This document shows, one piece after another, positions 1 through 64,000 of a stretch of 64,000 nucleotides of DNA (its first letter is position 1; every line of letters begins with the position of its first letter). The stretch lies in NCBI RefSeq assembly GCF_018350175.1, contig NC_058369.1, positions 8,310,001 to 8,374,000 on the forward strand, given 5' to 3'. The DNA comes from Felis catus. Its lineage: Eukaryota. The notes beneath the pieces were generated by a model that saw nothing but the letters and a program-made list of their open reading frames with translations, was not told the DNA's origin and did no database searches. Position numbers and translations under genes: made by a program.

Positions 1-482
1 CATTAATGACCTCCGCCTGTATCCGTTTTTGCCATGATGGTTACGTTATGGTGATTTCCTGCTCCCCCCACTCCACCCTGATTTCTTCTGCATTTTGTAG
101 GTGACTTTCTACAGGAAGGAAAAGCTTTTTGTCTTCTTTCCTCTGTGGCTCTTGGAACAGTTTGCCAACCCCTTGTACCAACTCATAGGATTCTGTTTTA
201 GTTTAATCCTTACGGTCATTATCTTGAAGTTCAAATTGTTTGAATTTGGGCCAGTAGGAGCCCCTTCAGATTGGCTCACGTATCTTTTGAGGGCTTCCTT
301 CCTTCTTGCACACTGAAATGGCCCAAGTTCATCTTCTGCTTTCTCTGCCCAAACCCTGGAAGTCAGTCATTTCTCCACGGTGCCTTGGTTCTTTTTACCA
401 GAGAAGAATATGTGAAAAAACAAGATCTCTCTTTCTCTGTCTCTATTTCTGTTTATTATATATGTAAGTAAGGTAAGTTGGC

Positions 483-567
483 AAGCTCTATGCCCAAGTG
501 TGGCTTGAACTCAACGATCCTGAGATCAAGAGTCGCATGCTCTACTAACTGAGCCAGCTGGGTGGCC
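483..567 (-). mobile_element. Can-SINE fragment (older subfamily)
   Basis: ctgagatcaagagtcgcatgctctactaactgagccagc matches reverse complement of Can-SINE tRNA head. Confidence 0.75.
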
Positions 568-936
568 ATCAAGATCTCGCTTTAGACGTGATTATTGGTA
601 CAGGTTGTCATTGCTTCTAGGCCTTCTTAGCAAAAAGATCTAGGAAATCAGTTTATATCTGCATCACTAGTTCTATATATTCAGAGCCTTCAGTTCACAT
701 GGATACTTCTGTGTGTAATCCTTCTCTCTTTCCATACCGTAACAGCCTGAAACCTGGCTTCCATTAGCCATGCTATATTTCCTTATTTGCTCAGTCTTAG
801 AACATACAGGAAGTAATTCAGAATTGCTAACTTGCACCCTTCTGCAAAGGAAGCCTCCTGGCTACTTTAGTTTGTGTTTGGAGCTATTCAGCCTGAAATT
901 GTGTGCTTCAAATACTGCATTTGAAAGTTACTTGGA

Positions 937-1115
937 GGGGGCGTCTGAGTGGCTTGGTCAGTTGAGCATCAAACTCGGTATCGGCTCAGGTCATGATCCC
1001 AGGGTCATGAGATCAAGCCCCACGTTGGGCTCCGCGTTGGTCTTGGAGCCTGCTTGAGATTCTCTCCCTCCCTCTCTCCTCCTCTCTCCTCTTCTCTCCC
1101 TCTCTCTCCTGCTCT
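937..1115 (+). mobile_element. Can-SINE
   Basis: ggggcgtctgagtggct...ctcaggtcatgatcccagggtcatgagatcaagccc, then CT-rich tract. Confidence 0.85.
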
Positions 1116-1372
1116 GCGCCACCCCACCCCGAAAGTTACTTGGATTAGTTTTTCTCTGTGCTCTCATTAGTGTGGGTTCCCCCATCCTTGTTGGTTTTAC
1201 TTATTTACTCATCATTTATTTCGTATGTGAAACGTGACTAGCCTGCTTCTAAAAGTCAGAACTGTGCAAAGTGGCCCATTCAGGGAGGGGCTGCTGTCCC
1301 CACGCACCGTTTTTTCTACCACATTCCTACCCGCCTCCCAAAAGCAGCCATTCTCACTCAGTACTCTCATTT

Positions 1373-1408
1373 GTTTAAAAGGGACAGACGTTTAAAAGGG
1401 ACAGACGT
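1373..1408. repeat. Perfect 17-bp tandem duplication (GTTTAAAAGGGACAGAC x2)
   Basis: Copies at 1373-1389 and 1390-1406. Confidence 0.95.
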
Positions 1409-2089
1409 AAATAAGAGGCGTTTCCTTTCCCGCCGCCCGCCCCCACGCCCTCCTCACTCCCACCTCCCAGAGGAAAAGTGTGAGTAAGCGTTGGGGTGTT
1501 GGCTCTGGGGCCTTTTCTGTATGTGAGCCACCAGATGGTTTTCTTTTTCCAGCTTTGCATTCTGTCTCTGACGTCTTCCCACATTAGCTCACACACGCTC
1601 TCCTTATTCTTTGCGGTGTTGCCGAAATGTAGTATTTCTTGCAGAAAATATCTAAATGGTTTGATGAGAAGCAGAAGCCCCTGTGGCACCTGCTCTCACG
1701 AGCCTGCATGTTGAGCCCTGGTTGGTCTTCCCTGCACCTCCTGGAATCTTTTTGCCTGTGTCCTTTTTTGGGTGGTTGTAAGACCACTTGGGGCAATCTG
1801 GACATTAAGCTAGACTCTTTCCATTTAGCAGAGTGTCTTGGGCCACTGTCCATATCAGGCCATTAATTCTGTTTTAATTTTATCATTTCGATGTATTGGA
1901 ATCTCATTCAGCTTTCAGACTGGTAGTTTAGTTCGCTTCCTATTCGTAGCTGTCTGGAAGGTCCTGCACTGCTTGGTCCTGATGCACCACCCCCTGCTCC
2001 TTCCCTACTGGTGGCTCTTTCCCATGTTCCCTTACTCCTGTGGCACACGCTGTTGTGAAGAGCCTTCTTGTACGGTACCTTCTGATGCT

Positions 2090-2464
2090 CTCTCCTGGGC
2101 ACCTTGGCCTGCCCTTACAAAACACCATGGCCTGGCTGGCTTAAATAGCAGACTTATGTTCTCACGGTTCTAGAGGCGGTAAATCCAAGATCAAAGTGCA
2201 GCAAGGTCGGTTCCTGGCGGGGCTCTCTTCCTGGCTTACAGATGGCTGCCTTCTTGCTGTGTCTCCATATGAGACGAGAGAGCAAGCTTTGCTATCTCTT
2301 ACGGGGGCACTGTCCCATCCTGAAGGTCCCACCCTTGTGACCTCAGTGAACCCTCATTACCCCCCAAAGGCCACATCTCCATGTAGAGCCACACTGGAAA
2401 GCTGGGGCTTCAGCATTCGAATTCTTGGGGGCAAGGTGGGGGGGACACCATTCAGTCCATAGCA
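2090..2464 (-). mobile_element. ERVL-MaLR solo LTR (MLT1A-like)
   Basis: Ends ccattcagtccatagca (reverse complement of MLT1A start TGCTATGGACTGAA); internal ttctcacggttctagagg...tccaagatcaaagtg. Confidence 0.8.
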
Positions 2465-2761
2465 GATGCATACTTTTTCCTGTAGGCCAGATTCCTGATG
2501 GGAGTGACTGGCGATGAACTCAGATACGTATTTACTTCACGAGATTTTATCTTAAATGTTATATTGAAATTTTGAGAATGTGGGCTGGCATTTTACCGCG
2601 GCAGAAAGCCTTCGTAAGGCCATGTGGGGCGTTCAGGGAAAAAAGTCCTGGGGCAGAAGAGTGCAGTAAAGGGAGTTCTGTTGGGTAACCTGTGGCCGCG
2701 CCTCCTATTTGCTTACAGTAGCATCACTCAGTGGTGACCGTGACTTGTGCTTGATCTCAGC

Positions 2762-2860
2762 CAGTGGTTCTCAGCCTCGGCACAGGTGAATTGCCTGGGA
2801 GCTTTTTAAAAAGGCCCAGAGCAGTTGAATCAGAATTTGGGGGTAGGGAGAAGTGCAGGC
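2762..2860. mobile_element. MER5-like hAT fragment
   Basis: cagtggttctcagc terminus, cctgggagctttttaaaa, gaatcagaat. Confidence 0.55.
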
Positions 2861-3765
2861 GTCAGCCCTGTTAGCCACTCCTGGGGAGCATTTGGGGGGT
2901 GAAAGTCACTGATTGGGACTGATGCAGGCAGTCCACAGAGCCTATTCATGTGACAGGTGGTTACTGTCACCTTCCATGGCGGGCAGCTTTGAGGGGGAGA
3001 TTGGTCACAGTCTCTACCTAGAAAGCTCATCTCTACCTAGAGTGTGGGCCATGTTGACGGTGAGTGTGACCCTTAGAGGGGCCGAGGGGGGCGGGGATCA
3101 GTTCCTGGAAGATGCAAACAAAAGTTTAAACAAGAACCTCCTCCTCCTCCTGGAGGTTTTCTCCAGGAAATTCGAAGGAGCAAATGGAGGGGGGAAATGT
3201 TCTTCCAGTGTTGACATCTCAAAATGAGAAACTGAGAAATTCCGTATTTGTTGGTAAGAGGAAGGTAGTTGTTTTGTTTTTCAAATATTCTAGTTAGCTG
3301 TTTAACAGAAAAGGATGAGGATATTTGAGGAGGTCTACAAAGGTAGTATCAGTTGAAAGAATCAAGGGCCAGAAGAATGCGAATAATGTAGTCATTTGTG
3401 TATAAAGGGAGAGAAATGAATCGTTGTGTCTTCTGCATGGAATCGGTCTGTAAGGGTGCATGAGAAACAGACACCGGTAGGCACCTGTGCAGAGAGCTGT
3501 CAGATGGGGCCTGGCGGGGAGAATGGGGGCGGGGGCGGGTCCACACCTCGTACCCTTGTGGATTTTGAACTACGTGAATGTATTATGTATCTGAAAATGA
3601 AATACCGTGAGGAAGCAGCAGTCATCCGGTGATTCTGTGTTATTACTAGATTGTTAATATGTCATTAATCCATTTTCACAACCAGTGGCCATGTTTGGTG
3701 CCATTTTGGGGGGCATGGAGTTGGGAGGGCGCTTCCCCAGTTGGCCCTAGTTGGCAGAAGCCTGA

Positions 3766-58566
<54,801 letters not shown>

Positions 58567-59050
58567 GTCCCAACATTCCAGAGTCTCGACCCCGGGCCCC
58601 TGGTTCCAGAGCCGAGGCGGCGTAGCCCTTAGCAGTAACGGGTAGCAGCAGATGTAGTTTCAGACTTGGGGGAAACTGTATAAACGAAAATCTTCCATAT
58701 TTATACGGCAGAGAAGATGTAGGACTGTTTGTGTCTGGCCCCGTCCCGGCATCAGTAGCGTTTGTAACAGCATTAACTGTTTTAAACAAGAAAAAAAAAA
58801 AAAAAGAATTATGAATTGGGGAACACGCAACACCTGGTTGTCTTTCCTTTCCCGGCAGTACTGTTGCGGCCGCAGTTTGGAATCACTGTAGTTTAAGCCG
58901 TGGATGCATGTTTTTGTAGCCGTCCACTCCTTGTACTGTATTTTATCGGACAGGTCAGACTCGCCGGGGCCGGGGTCCGCAGGCCCGGCGGGGTATGTCA
59001 GTGTCACTGGATGTCAAACAGTAATAAATTAAACAGATGAGAAAACTCAC
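58567..59050 (+). other. SMARCA4: SMARCA4 3' UTR (3' end approximate)
   Basis: Between stop codon and AATAAA; contains TGTA elements and miRNA seed matches. Confidence 0.85.
59023..59033 (+). terminator. Polyadenylation signal AATAAA overlapping ATTAAA
   Basis: gtAATAAATTAAAc, first canonical hexamer after the stop; TGTA motifs at ~58915-58940. Confidence 0.85.
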
Positions 59051-59439
59051 AGCCTTGCCTTCCGGTGGACTCATTCCCTGCTCCCTGCATGGTGGTGAAT
59101 GCCTTGGGGGCGTGGGGGGGGGGGTGGGAGGGCGCCTGGCCTCGGCCAGGGCCCTGTCCTCCCGTCACCAGATCCCACAGGACCCACTCCACAGGGAGGA
59201 CACCGAGGCCCAGGCGGAGGAGAAGGACTTGCGCAGTCCTCATACCATCAGATCTGCAGCTCAGGCTCCCAGAGCAGACAGCTCAGGGCCTTCCCTCCCC
59301 GCCTGCAGCCAAGGCGGGGCCGGCAAGACAGCCATGTAAACGGGCAGGTGCCACACAGAGGCCCGGGCTGTTACCTGGGAAGTCCAGGGCATTGTGGGAG
59401 CCCAGACCATCAAAGAGAGCTCCCAAGTCCAGAACTTAC

Positions 59440-60900
59440 GTTGTTCTTTTCTATGCTTTTTGTCTCTTGATTAAGATCCTCTCTTCATGAGTCATTGCCA
59501 ATCGCATTTGCCTCTCGTTCTTCAAACACTGTTCCCTTCAGTTCCTTGAACATGTTTATAATGGCTGCTTTGAAGCCCAACATCTGGACGCCCTCAGAGA
59601 AACGTTCTGTTGACCATTTTCCTCAGTGTAAGTCATGCGATTTTTTTTGTTGTTCAAAATGGACATTTTATTTGTACTTATTTTTTGTTTTTAAATTTTT
59701 TTAATGTTTGTTTTTGAGAGACAGAGTGTGAGCGGGGGAAGGGCAGAGAGAGAGGGAGACACAGAATCTGAAGCAGGCTCCAGGCTCTGAGCTGTGGGCA
59801 CGGAGCCCTATGCAGGGTTTAAACCCACCAACGGTGAGATCATGACCCGAGCAGAAGTCGGACACTTAACCGACTGAGCCACCCAGGTGCCCCCAAATGG
59901 ACGTTTTAAATAACATATTGTAACAACTCTGAGTCATTCCCTCTTCCCCCATGAAGAATTTCGGTGGTGACGGCTCTACTTTTCTTTGTTCAGTGATTAA
60001 CTGATCTAACCCTGGAGAGTGTTTCCCCCACAGCGTGTAGCTGCCGATGTATCTGCTCAGTTTTGGGTTTTGGTTTTGAAGCAGGTTTCCTCTAGGAGGC
60101 GCCCCTGGTTCGGCTTCGCTTCCAGATTAGCCAGGGACAGCCACCTGAGAGTCACAGAGGCTCCGTGCTGGTGGCCCTGTATATATTAGGCAGCTTGCAG
60201 GCTGGACCTGCTTCGGCTTCCTGCCACGCTCTCTTAGGGTTTCTCAGCGCATGCGCGCCGCCTCCCCCTGAGCTGGTTGCATGGAACGGCGGGGCGCGCG
60301 CCACGTCTCTCAGCGCATGCGCGCAGCCTCGCACCTGCAGGCAGCTTTCTGGACCCTTGCAGTATGTGGAGCCGTCGCTGGCTGCCTCATTCTCCAGGCC
60401 GCTCAACTGATGCCCAGTTTGCCAGTCTGTGGCAATCAGGATCCCAACCTCAGGCTGGTTAGGAGAACTTGGCCTTTCCCATTCATCCCACAAGGAGAAT
60501 CCTACCTATTTCCAATCTGCTGCTGTTCATTTCCAAGGCCGGGCGGTGACTTTCAGGTCCTGGCCTGGCTGGCCGGAAGCAGCCGCAGGCAAAAAGTATC
60601 CCAGCCTCCCACCGCTCTCACCTGCCATTCCGATTTTCCTGAATAAACACTTTTTTTTTTAAGACAATTTGTTAAAAGTTTATTTATTTTGAGAGAGAGC
60701 AAGCAAGATCATGACCCAAGCCAAAATCAAAGAGTCTGATGCTTCACCGACTAAACTACTCAGGCACCCCAATAAACACTTAATTTGTTGAATGCGTTTG
60801 ATCAATCTCAAGGATCCTGAAATGGTTGTCTGTGCGAACCCTGTCTAGTTTCATTGTTGCTTTTAGGGCGTGCATTTGCCAGGATCCTCCCTCCCATCGG
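59440..60900 (-). mobile_element. Old L1M 5'-region fragment interrupted by two Can-SINEs (59671-59894, 60651-60770)
   Basis: Resembles 10100-11200 (ttccttgaacatgtttataat vs ttctttgaacatatttgtaat; tctgctcagttt). SINE TSDs AAATGGAC(A/G)TTTTA and AATAAACACTT. Confidence 0.6.
60242..60324. promoter_or_regulatory. Candidate promoter/enhancer: two NRF1 palindromes flanking an X-box-like motif and a GC box
   Basis: GCGCATGCGC at 60247-60256 and 60313-60322; GTTGCATGGAAC 60276-60287; GGCGGGGC ~60288-60295. Confidence 0.5.
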
Positions 60901-61554
60901 TTTGGAAGTCCACATTTTTTCGTTTGTTGTAATGATTTTGCCTTTATTTTAATAGATGTGAATTTATTTTAGTGCTTGCAGAAAGTCACCTCACCACACT
61001 CTCGATTTCAGGATATTCAGGATGAGGCCAGTTTAAAAATGAGTTCTTTGAGGAGAGCAAAAAGTACAAGTGGAACTTTGGTATGACAAAATGTCATATG
61101 ATCCATGAATTGGTATAATATAACTTGTTGGTGAAAGACACCAAGTGCAAAATAATACTGAATTACTGGGCACAAGTGTATACATCTCGTGCAGAGTCTA
61201 GAGTTGGGGCCTCACAGTGTTGGAAAACCCATCCACCTGTGTTGTTGCTCTAGCAACAACCAGACATACGTCCAAGGTCACCTCGTGGCCCAAGATGGCT
61301 GCTGGTACTCCATCTATCCATTCCACCTTCCAGCCACCAGTAAGGAAGCAAGGGGAAAGAGAAGGCCCCACCTCGCCCCTTAGAGACCCAGTTTGGAAAC
61401 TGACATATCACTCTCTTATGCCCTTTGGCCACAACATAGTCATGTGGCCACACAAAGCCACACAGTAAGCTGAGAAATGCAGCCTTGCTTCTGGTACCTA
61501 CGTGCCCAGCTAAAGTTAAGGACACACAGCTTGCTCACTGCCTGCTGGGTGGTG

Positions 61555-61760
61555 GTTATGCCCAGGTTTCAGATGAGAAAACAGGCAGAGAGAAGGCAAG
61601 TATGTATTTGCCCCGAGGCTGCACTTCCAGCCCTGGAAGCAGTGTTGTCAGGCCATACCCCCCTGCCTCCCAGGTCTGATGGTTGTGGGTTTGAATCCTG
61701 GCCCTGCCACTTCTAGGCTGTGTGACCTTGGGCAGCATTCAGCACTTTCTGAGCCCACTG
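61555..61760. mobile_element. MIR fragments
   Basis: ttcagatgagaaaacagg; ggtttgaatcctggccctgccacttctaggctgtgtgaccttgggca. Confidence 0.7.
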
Positions 61761-61871
61761 GGAGATAAGAAACCAAAAGGTACTTGGGAGGGTTCTACTT
61801 CCTTCTTCAGGCATTCCTACATTTTCTATGGTGACAACAAAAAGGAAGATAATTTTTTAAGTGAAAAAAGT

Positions 61872-62710
61872 GGGGGCGCCTGGGTGGCTCAGTGGTTAAG
61901 CATCCGACTTCAGTTTAGGTCATGATCTCATAGTTCACGAGTTCGAGCCCCGCGTTTGGCTCCGCGCTGACAGCTCGGAGCCTGGAGCCTGCTTCGGATT
62001 CTGTGTCTCCCTCTCTCTCTACCCCTCCCCCACTTGTGCTGTCACTCTCTGTCTCTCAAAAATAAGCAAACATTAAAAAAAAGTTTTTGTTGGGGCGCCT
62101 GGGTGGCGCAGTCGGTTAAGCGTCCGACTTCAGCCAGGTCACGATCTCGCGGTCCAGGAGTTCGAGCCCCGCGTCGGGCTCTGGGCTGATGGCTCAGAGC
62201 CTGGAGCCTGTTTCCGATTCTGTGTCTCCCTCTCTCTCTGCCCCTCGCCTGTTCATGCTCTGTCTCTCTCTGTCCCAAAAATAAATAAATGTTGAAAAAA
62301 TTTAAAAAAAAGTTTTTGTTTTCTTGTTTTTCTTTTTTAATAGAGAAGAAGAGTATAGACCTGAAGCACCCGGCTGGCTCCATCAGTGGAGCGTGTGGCT
62401 CTTGATCTCAGGGTCATGAGTTCCAGCACCATATTGGGCATAGTGTTTACTTTTAAAAATAATAAAATTAAAGGGGCGCCTGGGTGGCTCAGTCGGTTAA
62501 GCGGGCGACTTCGGCTCAGGTCATGATCTCGTGGTCCGTGAGTTCGAGCCCCGCGTCGGGCTCTGTGCTGACAGCTCAGAGCCTGGAGACTGTTTCAGAT
62601 TCTGTGTCTCCCTCTCTCTGACCCTCCCCCGTTCATGCTCTGTCTCTCTCTGTCTCAAAAATAAATAAACGTTAAAAAAAATTTTTTTTTTAATTAAATG
62701 AAAAAAAATA
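61872..62710 (+). mobile_element. Cluster of four sense Can-SINEs (61872, 62092, 62361, 62473)
   Basis: Repeated ggggcgcctgggtggc heads; copy at 62092-62303 has a perfect 17-bp TSD. Confidence 0.93.
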
Positions 62711-63007
62711 AAAGGTAGGACGTAGACTCTCATAGGTGACAGAAGGCCACAAACATCTCCCATCCCACGTGCACTTCTAGAACCTTGCAACTCCCCCATT
62801 CGATTTCATTGGATACGGAGTCTAATTCTCCTCCCCTGGAATTTAGCTTGGGACTGCTGGTCACCCACAGAGTGCAACGCAAGTGACACAGGGTACCACA
62901 GCTCCGCCCTGTTTGCTGGAAGGCTCCCTCCAAGGTGCCAGCTGCCTGGAGGCTGAGGAAGCCAAAACAAGCTGATGCCGAGAGACCCCCTAAGATCTGC
63001 ACAATGA

Positions 63008-63170
63008 GGGGCGCCTGGGTGGCTCAGTCGGTTGAGCATCCGACTTCGGCTCAGGCCGGGATCTCGCAGCTCGTGAGTTCAGATTCTGTGTCTTCCTCTC
63101 TCTGCCCCCTCCCCGCTCATGCTCTGTCTCTCAAAAAGGAATCAACGTTAAAAAAATTTTTTGTTTTAAA
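63008..63170 (+). mobile_element. Internally deleted Can-SINE with TSD
   Basis: AAGATCTGCACAA(T/C)GAG on both sides. Confidence 0.88.
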
Positions 63171-63610
63171 TAAAAGATCTGCACAACGAGAAGGAAGAAG
63201 TGCCTGGCCAACCCCCGAGTTCTCAGGCTCCAGCCCCGAGCTCTGTACGCCTGCCCAGCTGAGCCCTTCCCCCATTCCTGGCACATGGAAGCCGTGAGAG
63301 AGAATAAAAAGGATTGGGGTTTTTTAGGCACAGAGCTGTGGGGTGATTTCTTAGGCAGCAGCAATAACTGGAACATCCTAAAACAAGTTTTCAGAGGACA
63401 CGGGTCTAATTAACCCGGACAGATCTTTAGAGCATTCCTCTGAACCGAGTCACTGCCACGTGAATGTTTAGAGAAAGTTCTCTCAGGATGCACCCCAAGC
63501 ACATGATGTCCGGAACAGCTGTTAACTCCCAGGACCGGGGACAAGAGAATGGAGTTGGAAGCTTCTCCAAGCTGGTGAGGTTCTGGACACCTGTCCATTA
63601 TAAGAACCAT

Positions 63611-63839
63611 TTCTTTCTTTTCTTTTGTTAATGTTTATTTTTGAGAGAGAGAGAGAGACAGAGCGCACGCAGGGGAGAGGCGGGGGTGGGGGGGTGGGGG
63701 GGTGGGACACAGAATCCGAAGCAGGCCCCAGGCTCTGAGCTGTCAGCCCCGAGCCCGACCCGGGGTTCGAACCCACAGGTCAAGATCATGACCTGAGCCG
63801 AAGTCGGATGCTTAACCGACCGAGCCACCCCGGCGCCCC
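63611..63839 (-). mobile_element. Can-SINE (SINEC_Fc-like) with TSD AAGAACCAT
   Basis: acagaatccgaagcaggccccaggctctgagctgtcag...cccggcgcccc. Confidence 0.9.
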
Positions 63840-64000
63840 AAGAACCATGTCTTAATTCCTTACCAATCTTTAACTCAACAGAAGATTTCTAGGTTATGTC
63901 ATGGTCTCGAAGATTTCTACTGCAACCAGGCCATTCATTTTTGGGGGGAACATTAATATTTATGAAGTGGCCAAGGCCCACATGATCATGTTCCTCCCAC

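Noticed and set aside
58790..58805. A run in the 3' UTR as a polyA site or retrocopy tail
   Set aside because: Genomic A tract with no canonical hexamer just upstream and no TSD; likely an oligo-dT internal-priming site.
61872..63839. tRNA genes suggested by A/B-box-like motifs
   Set aside because: They are tRNA-derived SINE heads followed by CT tracts and A tails, not cloverleaf tRNAs.

Overview
Mammalian genomic DNA, almost certainly a felid, judging by about 38 tRNA-derived Can-SINEs including young SINEC_Fc-type copies. The window holds the 3' two-thirds of SMARCA4 (BRG1, the SWI/SNF ATPase) on the + strand: 24 coding exons from 3814 to the TGA at 58564-58566. They encode the BRK domain, both SNF2 ATPase lobes, SnAC, LxCxE, AT-hook and bromodomain. 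A 3' UTR follows, with AATAAA at 59023-59028, then about 5 kb of repeat-rich downstream DNA. All introns are GT-AG. The exons sum to 3131 nt, one short of a multiple of 3, because the exon at 29366-29531 has an apparent 1-nt deletion near 29387-29391; this is more likely an assembly error than a real null allele. Introns carry Can-SINEs, old L1, MaLR/ERVL LTRs, hAT fossils, MIR and L2; repeat boundaries and families are by-eye estimates. I found no convincing novel gene or new biological system. The best leads are the frameshift, a TG/AG tandem acceptor, a double NRF1 promoter-like cassette in an old L1 5' region downstream of the gene, and several splicing or RNA-structure hypotheses. Comparisons with human BRG1 are from memory and need checking.
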